Under the pieces are notes generated by a model. It was not told the DNA's origin, searched no databases, and worked only from the letters and a program-made list of their open reading frames with translations. A stretch of DNA of 64,000 nucleotides. Origin: an uncultured Pseudomonadota bacterium. Its GTDB lineage: Bacteria > Pseudomonadota > Alphaproteobacteria > Rhizobiales > Xanthobacteraceae. Every line of letters begins with the position of its first letter. Position 1 is the first letter of the stretch. Shown piece after piece: positions 19,583-29,091 of the stretch. The stretch spans positions 2,663-66,662 of the forward strand of contig CAVSOS010000013.1 of assembly GCA_963729395.1 (NCBI GenBank), read 5' to 3'. Made by a program: the position numbers and the translations under genes.

Positions 19583-20680
19583 TCAGGAGGGCCGTTGCGC
19601 GCCCTGAACCCCAACATAGCACGCATAGACCGAGGTGCTCGCACACATGTACAATCGGTTGTGCAGCAGTCCACCGAAGGTCAGGTTGGCGCAGGTTTCC
19701 GGCAAATGGATCTTGCCGAGCAGGTCGCCGCCGGAGTGGTAGCAGCGGACGCCATCTTCCTTCGGGTCGGCCCAACCCATGCTGCACCAGACGTTGCCCT
19801 CAACGTCGCAGCGCACGCCGTCGGTGAGTCCGGGAGCGAAGCCCTCCGCGAAGACTTTCCCGTTGGTCGCCTTGCCGGTGGCGATATCGATGTCGAAGGA
19901 GCGGATATGGGCGGGACCGCCATGGGTGATGCCGCTGTCGATGATGTACAGTTTCTTTTCGTCCGGCGAGAAGCAGAGACCATTCGGCTCCACGAAATCG
20001 TCGACCACCATTGTGACCGCGCCGCTCTGCGGATCGACGCGATAGACGCCGTGCTTGTCCAGTTCACGGTCGGCTTTCAGGCCTTCGTAGTTTCCGTCGC
20101 TGCCATAGGTCGGATCGGTGAACCAGATCGATCCGTTGGAGGCGACCACGACGTCGTTGGGCGAATTGATCCGCTTGCCGTTGTAGCGGTCGGCAACCAC
20201 GGTGATAGTGCCATCGTGTTCGGTGCGTACCACGCGCCGGCCGCCGTGCTCGCAACTGACTAATCTGCCTTCCCGATCGACGGTGTTGCCGTTCGAGTTG
20301 TACGACGGCGTGCGGAAGACGCTGAGGTGATTGTCGTCCTCGATCAGGCGCATCATCCGGTTGTTCGGAATATCGCTGAAAATCAGATAGCGGCCAGCGG
20401 CGAAATAAGCCGGGCCTTCGGCCCAGCGAAAACCGGTAGCGACCCGCTCGACGGCGCCGGTGCCGACGCTGCCCTTGAAGCGCTTCTTGTCGAGGGCCTC
20501 GATATGAGTGTCCGGATACCGGGTGTTAGGCAACGGCCCGAGCGGAAGCCGGTCCTCGCCTGTCGCGTGCAACGGGACGCTGGTATTGCCCGGGGGGCCT
20601 TCGGTTTCGGCGAATGCACCTCTCGTTGTTGCCAACATTGCGCCCGCCGCAGTAGTTGCCAGAAATGCGCGTCTGTCCAT
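19583..20680 (-). CDS. SMP-30/gluconolactonase family protein, Tat-exported
   Basis: MDRRAFL, WAEGP, FSDIP, NSPND, WFTDP, PNGLCFSPD and DG motifs; GGAGG RBS. Confidence 0.93.
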   Translation of the reverse strand: MDRRAFLATTAAGAMLATTRGAFAETEGPPGNTSVPLHATGEDRLPLGPLPNTRYPDTHIEALDKKRFKGSVGTGAVERVATGFRWAEGPAYFAAGRYLIFSDIPNNRMMRLIEDDNHLSVFRTPSYNSNGNTVDREGRLVSCEHGGRRVVRTEHDGTITVVADRYNGKRINSPNDVVVASNGSIWFTDPTYGSDGNYEGLKADRELDKHGVYRVDPQSGAVTMVVDDFVEPNGLCFSPDEKKLYIIDSGITHGGPAHIRSFDIDIATGKATNGKVFAEGFAPGLTDGVRCDVEGNVWCSMGWADPKEDGVRCYHSGGDLLGKIHLPETCANLTFGGLLHNRLYMCASTSVYACYVGVQGAQRPS

Positions 20681-21273
20681 GTTTCCTCCTTTGCGCCCGT
20701 ATGTATCGGGCTTGAAAAAAGCATATACGAGCATCTGTGGTGAGGACGAACGTGCCGCACGCAGGAAAAAAAATGTGTGCGGCGATGTGCTGGGGATTAG
20801 TCTGCGATGCGCGTCCATACCGCGCTCAGAAGGCCCGTTGAAAGATTATAGCATCGCCGCGCCTTGCGTCCATCTTGCGGTGCACGCGGTATCATGCGTG
20901 TGGGGCAGAGCTGTCCACACTGATGTGCAATCGTGTTGGCGCATCTGACAGCGTCCGTCTCGTTTGGCCGCATACGACGCTCCCGGCAACGGCGCATGCG
21001 ACGCTGTTTTGTCGGCGATCGGGACCGGTTTCACAATTCAGAAACAATTACCGGCCCATCGTCGCCGGGACGGCGGTTGCCGCACACAAAAGAAAAAGAC
21101 TGGGAGACCAACGCGCCTTCAGGGTGCAGTGCGAAGCCCTCTCGCAGATGCAGAACGGAGTCCGAGGGGGAGGGAAAATCGGCGCCCCGCCGGGGATGCC
21201 TGCCGTGCTTGGTGGCCGCTGTTGACGATGTTACATTGGGCCGGGGAATCACGGTGTTCCAGGGGGAAGCGAC

Positions 21274-21567
21274 ATGGCGAACAGGCTGCCGGTAATTGCT
21301 GCGTGTTTCTTATCAGCGTTTCTGATGTCCGGACTGACCGCCGCTAGCGCCGCGGATCCGGGTTTCTGCCGACATTATGCCCAGGCCGCCCTCAATCAGG
21401 TGCGCGGAGCATTATCCAACCCTCGCTGCGGAGGTGGCCTGCAGGGCGCCCGCTGGTCAGCGGATTTTCCGGTTCATTACGAGTGGTGCCTTGGCGCTGA
21501 CTATGGCGCAGCCGGCGCCGAACGGGATGCACGGACGCGGTATTTGCGAGCCTGCACCGGTCGGTAA
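21274..21567 (+). CDS. Small secreted Cys-containing protein
   Basis: Signal peptide; C..YA..A...C....RW....HYEWC pattern. Confidence 0.75.
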   Translation: MANRLPVIAACFLSAFLMSGLTAASAADPGFCRHYAQAALNQVRGALSNPRCGGGLQGARWSADFPVHYEWCLGADYGAAGAERDARTRYLRACTGR

Positions 21568-21817
21568 TTCAAAAAACGTCGTGTTGCATCGTGCGGCCGG
21601 CGACCGCACTGGCGGCTGGCGCGATGAAGAATTACGCAACGGTTTTGTGTCACGATCGCACGTGCGTCGCGACGTTAACATTTCGATATCGCGATGCTTT
21701 GCAATTGAGCGAGCAGCCATGCTTCCGCGTTAGGCTTACCGGCAGTTTGGGCCGCGGCTTTAACCCTTGGCGCCCCACGTTCGGTTAGGTTGCCGCCAGA
21801 ACTCGGAACTTGGAACG

Positions 21818-22309
21818 ATGCGCGCTGGACTTGCACTGGCACTTTTGATCGGAACCGCGCTGCCGGCTCTGGCCGGCGAGGGCTTCGATATCGTGATCCC
21901 CGGCCGCCCCGGCGTGCCTATCATTATGAACGGCGTCGATGCGTCCTATGCCGTCGTCGAGGGCGACTTCGGCCTCGGTAAGGGTGTGCATATGCAGCCA
22001 ACGGTTTATGGCGGCCGCTATTTCGATGTCGAGCCCAGCGTCGGTCACTACTATCCGAGTTTGGGCCACGTGCCGGGCTACGGCCGTCTTGAAATCGAGC
22101 CTCCGGCCAACCGCAAGCTGCCGAAGCCCGCACCAAGCTATGACCGGTCATGGTCCGCACAGTCCGCCCCGCCATTGGCGCAACCCGAGGTGCCGCTTTA
22201 TCCGCCGCCGGTGATCGTTGCCCCGCAAAGCGGCAACATGGGCATGCCGCGCGAGTATACCAACCAGCCGCAAAACCCGGGGCAGCGAAGAGGGCAAAGG
22301 GTTCCCTGA
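21818..22309 (+). CDS. Secreted Pro-rich hypothetical protein
   Basis: Signal peptide; IVIPGRPGVP, HYYPS..PGYGRLEIEPP. Confidence 0.7.
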   Translation: MRAGLALALLIGTALPALAGEGFDIVIPGRPGVPIIMNGVDASYAVVEGDFGLGKGVHMQPTVYGGRYFDVEPSVGHYYPSLGHVPGYGRLEIEPPANRKLPKPAPSYDRSWSAQSAPPLAQPEVPLYPPPVIVAPQSGNMGMPREYTNQPQNPGQRRGQRVP

Positions 22310-22367
22310 TGAAAAGCCTTCACTACCGAATCCACGCCAACAAGAAACAGATCGACAGGAGAGAGTA

Positions 22368-22772
22368 ATGCGTCAGACGATTTCAGGATTGGTAGCAGCC
22401 ATCGCGGTAGTGGCCGCGAGTGCGCCCGCGATGGCGTGCGGCTATGATGTCGGCTATGTCAGCCCGTGCGCGCAGGTCTACATCCCGGCCCCGGTCTATT
22501 CCGGTTGCTACACCGGCTGCGGCGGCTGGGCCTATGAGCGGCTGCCCGATCCGGTGCAGCAATATTACTACGCCGATCAGGGTCCGACCTATACCGGTCC
22601 CGGCGACTTCGCGCCCTATCCGACCTACCGGGAAGGCACAGTGTACGGCTGGCACGGCTATCGCCACTACCCCTATTATTACGGCTATCGGCGCCATGCG
22701 TACTTCCATCACTGGCACGCGCATCATGGCTTCTACGGCTATCGCGAACACACGCTGCGCCGCTATGACTGA
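22368..22772 (+). CDS. Secreted Tyr/His-rich hypothetical protein
   Basis: AGGAG RBS, signal peptide, YERLPDP..QYYY..QGPTYTGPG. Confidence 0.7.
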   Translation: MRQTISGLVAAIAVVAASAPAMACGYDVGYVSPCAQVYIPAPVYSGCYTGCGGWAYERLPDPVQQYYYADQGPTYTGPGDFAPYPTYREGTVYGWHGYRHYPYYYGYRRHAYFHHWHAHHGFYGYREHTLRRYD

Positions 22773-22797
22773 TCGCCATATTTGAGGGAAAATTTCG

Positions 22798-22832
22798 GCG
22801 CCCGTTCGCGCTCCGCGAGCGGGCGTTTTTCT
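22798..22832 (+). terminator. Intrinsic terminator
   Basis: GCCCGTTCGCG-CTC-CGCGAGCGGGC followed by GTTTTT. Confidence 0.7.
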
Positions 22833-22834
22833 TG

Positions 22835-23665
22835 TCAGCCCATCAGGCCGAGCCGGCTGGCGCCGATATAAAGCGCCAGCACCGCGGCGTTCGAGACGTT
22901 GAGGCTCTTGATCTCGCCGGGCATGTCGAGACGTGCGACCACGCTGCAGGTCTCGCGCGTCAACTGGCGCAGGCCCTTGCCTTCGGCGCCGAGCACCAGC
23001 GCCAGCGGTTGCCGCAGCTTCACCGCGCCGAGATCCTCGCTGCCCTGGCTATCGAGGCCGACGGTCATGAAACCCTGGTCGTTCAATTCGGTGAGCGCGC
23101 GCGCCAGATTTTGCACCGACACGATCGGCACCAGCTCCAGCGCGCCCGACGCGGATTTCGCCAGCACGCCGGTCGCTTCGGGGCTGTGCCGCGCTGTGGT
23201 GACGATCGCCTTGACCGCGAACGCCGCCGCCGAGCGCAGGATCGCGCCGACATTGTGCGGATCGGTGATCTGGTCGAGCACCAGCACGATGCCCTCAAGC
23301 GGCAGCGTATCGATGTCCGGCGAGGGCAGGGGATCGGCCTCGGCCAGCAGTCCCTGATGCACGGCGTCCGGACCGAGCCGCTGGTCGATCAGGCTCGGCC
23401 GGACGATTTCCGGGGGCACGCGGGTGTCAATATGGTCGTCAGCCAGGCGGCGGGCGGCATTTTCGGAGAGCCACAGCTTGCGAATCCGGCGCTGCGGATT
23501 GGCGAGCGCCGCCGCCACCGTGTGCCAGCCATACAGGACGACCGGCCCGTCCGAGCCCGGATCGCGGTCGCGCCGGGGCGTCCGGCGGCCGGATTCGCGG
23601 CGCTTGTCGGGGCCTTTGCCGCCGCCGCGCTGAAATGGCGGCTTTCGATCGCGATCGCTCATCAT
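22835..23665 (-). CDS. rlmB: 23S rRNA 2'-O-methyltransferase, SpoU/TrmH family
   Basis: LDQITDPHNVGAILRSA, LGAEGKG and SLNVSNA SPOUT motifs; divergent from tRNA-Tyr. Confidence 0.88.
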   Translation of the reverse strand: MMSDRDRKPPFQRGGGKGPDKRRESGRRTPRRDRDPGSDGPVVLYGWHTVAAALANPQRRIRKLWLSENAARRLADDHIDTRVPPEIVRPSLIDQRLGPDAVHQGLLAEADPLPSPDIDTLPLEGIVLVLDQITDPHNVGAILRSAAAFAVKAIVTTARHSPEATGVLAKSASGALELVPIVSVQNLARALTELNDQGFMTVGLDSQGSEDLGAVKLRQPLALVLGAEGKGLRQLTRETCSVVARLDMPGEIKSLNVSNAAVLALYIGASRLGLMG

Positions 23666-23862
23666 GGGCTTGTCTCACGGGTTCCGGATAATGGCAATTT
23701 CGGGCCTGAAGGGGCCGCATTAACAGCCCCCATTGGTTGACTTTGCCATCGCCCTTCCCCCATAAACGCGCCAACCGGGAGCTCGCCATCGGCGCCCGGT
23801 TTTAACGTCATCCATGGCCTTATTGCCGCCATTTCGGCGGATGGGTTGCGATGCTGTTGAGC

Positions 23863-23948
23863 GGGGGAGTGTCCCGAGTGGCAAAGGGAGCTGACTGTAA
23901 ATCAGCCGTCTTATGACTTCGAAGGTTCGAGTCCTTCTTCCCCCACCA
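23863..23948 (+). tRNA. tRNA-Tyr(GTA)
   Basis: Cloverleaf with long variable arm, CTGTAAA anticodon loop, encoded CCA. Confidence 0.96.
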
Positions 23949-24048
23949 ACAAATTCAATAGCTTAGAGGATGGTTGCTTCCCAACGCCAAGCTGCTACCC
24001 AGAATTGGAAAGCATGGGAAGCAGCACAGCGGTGAGGTCAGGCCAATA

Positions 24049-24663
24049 ATGAGGGTACCTGAGCTAGACGAACTGCCGCAGCCGCCGTCCAAAGTCTTCG
24101 CTTTGGCGACACCAGACCACTTGTTGATCAAGCTGCATTGGGAAATCGGCCAGCTACGGGCGTCGCTCGAAACGAAACAACCGGTGGCACTGATGCACGT
24201 GCCAGCTTACCACGCCTTCAACTGTGCGGTGACGTGCTGGCATCTAACCGACTGGACGTGGGAGTTCGTTGACGAGGAGATCAAGCGGCTAATCTCGGAT
24301 CAGTTCGGGACGCCGCTAAATACCCTCGAACAGTTTCAGCAAGTACTTCGGGACAAGTATCGCCCGCTTCGCGTCTGTTGGCAGCTTTGCAACGGATCGA
24401 AGCACTTTCGTCTCAAAAAAGATGACCCGGATATACAGACGCGGGATGTTTGGGAGTACCACCCTGCCATGGCAGGATCGTTCATGGCAGGGCAGCCACT
24501 CGGGTCGTACCGATATCGTCTTGTGCTGACCGATAAGGGCGAGCCCATCGAGGCCCTAGCCTTGTTTGAGGAAGCTGAAAAAATATGGAGCAGAGAACTT
24601 GCTTCGTGGTTCGTGATCGAAGGGCAAGGTTATATTGAGGGTAAGCGTATTCGAGTGCTATGA
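24049..24663 (+). CDS. Hypothetical protein, HEPN-like
   Basis: AYHAFNCAVTCWHLTDW and LCNGSKH resemble HEPN-type helical proteins; the canonical Arg is not evident. Confidence 0.55.
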   Translation: MRVPELDELPQPPSKVFALATPDHLLIKLHWEIGQLRASLETKQPVALMHVPAYHAFNCAVTCWHLTDWTWEFVDEEIKRLISDQFGTPLNTLEQFQQVLRDKYRPLRVCWQLCNGSKHFRLKKDDPDIQTRDVWEYHPAMAGSFMAGQPLGSYRYRLVLTDKGEPIEALALFEEAEKIWSRELASWFVIEGQGYIEGKRIRVL

Positions 24664-25184
24664 CTGACTTGGAGGTCAGCGCTTGCGCGGAATATTCCAG
24701 CCAAGGAAAAGGTGATGATCTGCAGGTGACTAGCACGTCCGTAGAACGACCGTATTCGTCTAAGCAAATGGGCGACGCTTGCGAGATGTTGGTCGCGGCC
24801 GAACTGACGCTCGCCGGTATTCCGGCACTGAAAGTACCCGACAACTGGCCCGGTTATGATGTTGTTGCGCAATCGCGCGACGGATCGGAACCGCTTCGCA
24901 TCTCGGTAAAGTCTCGAACCTTTAAGAAGGGATCGGCTTTTGTTGAGTACTGGATGAAGGACGATTTCGATTGGCTTGCCATTGTCATCCTGCCGGCTGG
25001 CATCGAGACCAAACGTCGGATTTTTCTTATTCCGCGTTCGGTCGCTAACGAAAATGCAAGGCGTGACGGCGAGCACACTAAAACTGCCGAGCAGCGATAT
25101 TGGCGAATTGACGAAGTCGCGAGACGGTTCGCGGAATTCGAAAACAATTTCACGCTGAACGCCAGCATGCAGGTTCTTCCGTAG
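24660..25184 (+). CDS. PD-(D/E)XK nuclease-like protein
   Basis: GDACEMLVAAEL...PGYDVVA...ISVKSR; ATGA overlap with the previous gene. Confidence 0.65.
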   Translation: MTDLEVSACAEYSSQGKGDDLQVTSTSVERPYSSKQMGDACEMLVAAELTLAGIPALKVPDNWPGYDVVAQSRDGSEPLRISVKSRTFKKGSAFVEYWMKDDFDWLAIVILPAGIETKRRIFLIPRSVANENARRDGEHTKTAEQRYWRIDEVARRFAEFENNFTLNASMQVLP

Positions 25185-25255
25185 AGAAGTTCAAGGGTTT
25201 CAAGCAAATTATCTCGATCACTACGAACTAACGATGACCATGCGTACGCTAGTCA

Positions 25256-26800
25256 GTCGACCGTGAAGAACGCGCTTTTCATGTGGGCAACGATTTTGAC
25301 TGCACGAAGAGCAGGGCCAGAACGAGGCGTAAAAAATCGTTCAGCCACCTGATGAGGCGGCGGAAGTTGTAACCGGCCGCGGCGAGGACAGCGTTGTTGG
25401 CGTCGCCGTGGCGTCCGGCAAGGTAGTTGCGGCCCATTCGGTGCTCCTCCTTGGTATGGCCGATGACGGGCTCGACGGCGGCGCGCCGTTTCATCTCTCG
25501 TTTGATGGCCGGCGTCACGCGACGCTTCTGCCTGGACGTGTAGACTTTGAACTTATATTCGGACGGCGCGTTGTGGCCGCGGTAACCGGCATCGGTGTGG
25601 GCCCGTTCGATGGTATTGCCGACGAGTTGCTCGATCGCCGGAATGACGGCGGCCAGCGTATGGCCATCATAGGGGTTGCCTGGCAGCGCTTGCGCATGGA
25701 CGACGAACTGGCCGCCCTTGCTGTGCTTGAGGGTGGTGGTAACGCTGACCTTGACGCCGAACTCGTAAGGCTTGTGCGGCTTGCCCTTGCCGATGCATTC
25801 CACCTCGGGCGCGTGCAGGCTGTAGACCTTGGGGCCACGCTGTCCGCGCTCCTGAGCGCGCACACGCCGCGCCAGGCTCAGCAGCCAGGCAAATTTGGTT
25901 TCGAGACCGGGATCGCCGTCGATCTTGCGGGCAATGTCCCGGATGACGCGGCCAAGATAAGTCTTGAGCTTGCGCAAAGCCCTGTTGGCGCGTTTGAACT
26001 GCTTGGCATGGGCGTAACGCTGATGCTGGATCAGGGCGAACTTGCCGACCCGCGTGTAAGACTGGCGCAAATCGACGCCCAGCTTCTTGGCCAGCTTCAC
26101 CAGTTTCTCACGGGCCCGATTCAGAAGTTTGGCGTCGGTTGGGAAGGTGATGTTTTTCGGTTGCACCGTGGTATCGACAATGACGCGGGCGAGATCGCCG
26201 GCTTTCATCGCGCCAGTCCTGGTTGCGACCGCCAGGCTCTCCTGCAACAGCGCCTGCAGCCGCTCCTCGCCCATGCGGTTGCGCCAGTTGGTCATCGAGG
26301 AGCGATCGAGCGGCAGCCGGTGCTGGAAAAACTCCTCCCCGCAGAAGTATTGGTAGTACGGGTTCTCGATCCACTGCTCGCACACCACCTCGTCGCTGAG
26401 GTTGTAGGTGTGCTTGAGGATCGCAAGCCCCGCCATCAGCCGGGTCGGCAGCGGCGGCCGGCCAGTGCCATCGGCGTACACCGCGCCGAATTTCTCTTCC
26501 AGAAACCTCCAGTCGATCGTCCGCGCCAGCTTCACCAGCGCGTGGTCCATATTGATGACCTGATCGAGCCGCGACCGAAACAGATCCTGCTCGCCGCTCT
26601 CCCGACGCTCCCGTGGCCGCATCGAATCCTCCGCTCATTACCCGCGAAAGCAGAGAATCACGGCTTCAGATTCGTGGGAATCCCAAACTCGAATTTGCAA
26701 GAAAATCGCTGCCGAACCCCCAATTTCCGGCAAATCCTATTGCCGAAAATCGCCCGGTTTCCCTGCCCGATCAGGCGCTTCAGCATATTTCACGGTCGAC
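25256..26800 (-). mobile_element. IS5-family element
   Basis: IRs GTCGACCGTGAA; flanking duplication TAGTCA (or AGTC if the ends are 1 nt longer). Confidence 0.92.
25279..26622 (-). CDS. IS5-family transposase
   Basis: NPYYQYFCG, IVDTTVQ, PYEFGVK, DAGYRG and RRAAVEPVIGH motifs. Confidence 0.95.
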   Translation of the reverse strand: MRPRERRESGEQDLFRSRLDQVINMDHALVKLARTIDWRFLEEKFGAVYADGTGRPPLPTRLMAGLAILKHTYNLSDEVVCEQWIENPYYQYFCGEEFFQHRLPLDRSSMTNWRNRMGEERLQALLQESLAVATRTGAMKAGDLARVIVDTTVQPKNITFPTDAKLLNRAREKLVKLAKKLGVDLRQSYTRVGKFALIQHQRYAHAKQFKRANRALRKLKTYLGRVIRDIARKIDGDPGLETKFAWLLSLARRVRAQERGQRGPKVYSLHAPEVECIGKGKPHKPYEFGVKVSVTTTLKHSKGGQFVVHAQALPGNPYDGHTLAAVIPAIEQLVGNTIERAHTDAGYRGHNAPSEYKFKVYTSRQKRRVTPAIKREMKRRAAVEPVIGHTKEEHRMGRNYLAGRHGDANNAVLAAAGYNFRRLIRWLNDFLRLVLALLFVQSKSLPT

Positions 26801-27367
26801 TAGTCAAGGACTGGAAATCTCATTGCGATAATATCGTCGCCTGCATCTACGCGATTTTTGCGACTGCAGATGTAAAGATCACGGCCGATGGGTTCGCTGA
26901 CCCCAAATACTTAGCACTGACCCTGTTGTCGCGAACGATGTCCAACCTGAAAGGTTCGATGATCTTGTTGGATGCGAAGCGCATCGTCGAGGCACGGACC
27001 ATTGCGCGTTGCTGTCTCGAAAACCTGTATTGGGTCGTTGGTCTGGTCGAGAACGGAGAAGAATTCGTCAAAAAAATGCGGGATGACGAGCTAAGCCACC
27101 GGCAAGCAATCGGTCAAACTCTCTTTAATGAGTTCGATCTCGATAAAGAAGTCGAGGATCGGCTGCGGGCCACCATGCGCGATCTAAATAAAAGCAAGGT
27201 TGCCAACGCGATGCTGAATCCGAAGAGCGTTGCAAAAATTCGAGATGACTTCGCCAGAACCTATGTCCTCTACTCTCAACTGTCGTCAGACTCGGCTCAC
27301 CCTTCGGTGACAGCACTTAATCGATACGTCGTATCTCATCGCAGTCCCGATGGCGCCGGCTTCGATA

Positions 27368-28784
27368 GAGCTATCGCCGAAAGTTGGTGACGGCGGGAAT
27401 CGGAAAGGCGGCATATCGTGGGGGTGCTTGAAGCCTCCACTTCTCCACCAAAGGAGCGATATGCTGTGTCCAAAGATAACATCGTCCAGCTGATTCAGCC
27501 AGGAAACGTCGACGACCAACTCACCGAAATCTTACGCAATGGGGCGCGTTCTCTGCTCGCCCAGGCGATCGAGGCCGAGGTCAGCGACTTTCTGTGCAAG
27601 CATGCCGATTTGAAGACCGAGGACGGCCACCAACGCGTCGTCCGCCACGGTCACCTGCCGGAGCGCGAGGTGATGACCGGTATCGGTCCGGTCGCCGTCC
27701 ACCAGCCGCGTGTGCGCGATCGCGATGCGGCCGCCGACGATCCCGACCGTATCCGGTTCTCGCCGTCGATCCTGCCGCCCTATATGCGCCGGTCGAAATC
27801 GATCGAGACATTGCTGCCGATCCTTTACCTGAAGGGGATATCGACCGGCGACTTCTCCGAGGCGCTGGCTGCGCTGCTCGGCAAGGATGCCGCTGGGTTG
27901 TCAGCATCCGCCATCGGCCGGCTGAAGGACGGCTGGCTCGACGAGCACGCCGCCTGGCAGAAGCGCGATCTGTCGGCGAAGCGCTATGTCTACATCTGGG
28001 CCGATGGCATCCATCTCCAGGCGCGCCTCGAAGACGAAAAGCAATGCATCCTGGTTCTGATCGGCGCGACGCCGGAAGGCCGCAAGGAACTGGTCGGCTT
28101 CACCGATGGCGCCCGCGAGAGTGCGCACGACTGGCGCGATCTGCTGCTCGATCTGAAGCGGCGCGGGCTCGATGTGCCGCCGCAACTCGTCGTCGCCGAC
28201 GGCGCGCTCGGGTTCTGGAAAGCCGCTGGCGAGGTCTGGCCGAAAACGCGCGAGCAGCGCTGCTGGGTGCACAAGACCGCGAACGTGCTCGCCAAATTAC
28301 CGAAGAGCCAGCAGCCCAAAGCCAAACGCGCGTTGCAGGAGATCTGGATGGCCGAAACCAAGGCCATCGCCGAACTGGCGTTCGACGCGTTCGTGGAGAG
28401 CTACGCGCTGAAATACGCGAAGGCGGCGGACTGCCTGAGCCAGGATCGAGACGCGCTGCTCGCCTTCTACGACTTCCCGGCCGAACACTGGAAACACCTG
28501 CGAACGACCAACCCCATCGAAAGCACCTTTGCCACCGTTCGCCACCGCACGATCCGGTCGAAGGGCTGTCTGTCGAACAAGACTGCGCTCGCGATGGTCT
28601 TCAAATTGCTCGAAGGCGCGCAGAAAAGCTGGCGTCGTCTCGATGGCCACAACCAGTTGCCAAAACTCGTTCTCGGTGTAACATTCAACGATGGGATCGA
28701 GGTCATCGCCAAGCCGACCGACCGTCAGCTCATAACCGCCGCCGCCTGACCGGTCCCTCCGTCACCAAAATTTGGCGATAGCTC
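27368..28784 (+). mobile_element. IS256-family element, copy 2
   Basis: Near-identical to 12694..14110; 9-bp TSD GCTTCGATA at 27359..27367 and 28785..28793. Confidence 0.95.
27466..28749 (+). CDS. IS256 transposase
   Basis: Same protein as 12792..14075. Confidence 0.95.
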   Translation: MSKDNIVQLIQPGNVDDQLTEILRNGARSLLAQAIEAEVSDFLCKHADLKTEDGHQRVVRHGHLPEREVMTGIGPVAVHQPRVRDRDAAADDPDRIRFSPSILPPYMRRSKSIETLLPILYLKGISTGDFSEALAALLGKDAAGLSASAIGRLKDGWLDEHAAWQKRDLSAKRYVYIWADGIHLQARLEDEKQCILVLIGATPEGRKELVGFTDGARESAHDWRDLLLDLKRRGLDVPPQLVVADGALGFWKAAGEVWPKTREQRCWVHKTANVLAKLPKSQQPKAKRALQEIWMAETKAIAELAFDAFVESYALKYAKAADCLSQDRDALLAFYDFPAEHWKHLRTTNPIESTFATVRHRTIRSKGCLSNKTALAMVFKLLEGAQKSWRRLDGHNQLPKLVLGVTFNDGIEVIAKPTDRQLITAAA

Positions 28785-29091
28785 GCTTCGATACCGATCC
28801 AGTTGTTCGGCCGGAGGAGGTCGAGGAGACATACGAATATCTGTCGATGGCTTGCCTGGGTGTCGCCGTAGCCGTCAATCAAATCATTGAGGGCACGGAA
28901 GGCGGCAAGGGATTGAACGCTATTGCTGAGATGCACACCGAACTGTCAAACCGTTCGAGTTCGACAAAGGTGCAAGGGGCGTTGATCCGGTAGGCCTACC
29001 GCGAGCGCGAACCATCGTTCACCCGCCTTGTCAACCCGCGCCGGGATGTCTACCAGTATCTTCCCACCCCAGACTTCCACGGAGGAACCGC

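Larger units (their letters stand above)
25234..28993 (+). pseudogene. DUF5677-like protein interrupted by IS5 and IS256
   Basis: 25234..25255 + 26807..27367 + 28794..28993 = 783 nt in frame (MTMRTLVKDW...ARCCLEN...YSQLSSDSAHPS...), 260 aa. Confidence 0.85.

Noticed and set aside
25408-27390. 660-aa ORF, and similar long ORFs at 12920..14107, 27594..28781, 57797..59200 and 59745..61064
   Set aside because: Shadow frames of transposases or real genes in high-GC DNA; only 26807..27367 is real coding (the DUF5677-like gene).
12694-28784. Composite transposon formed by the two IS256 copies
   Set aside because: Each copy has its own distinct 9-bp TSD, so they inserted independently.
23949-29050. 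Complete integrative element at tRNA-Tyr
   Set aside because: I found no duplicated tRNA-Tyr end and no integrase, so boundaries cannot be set.
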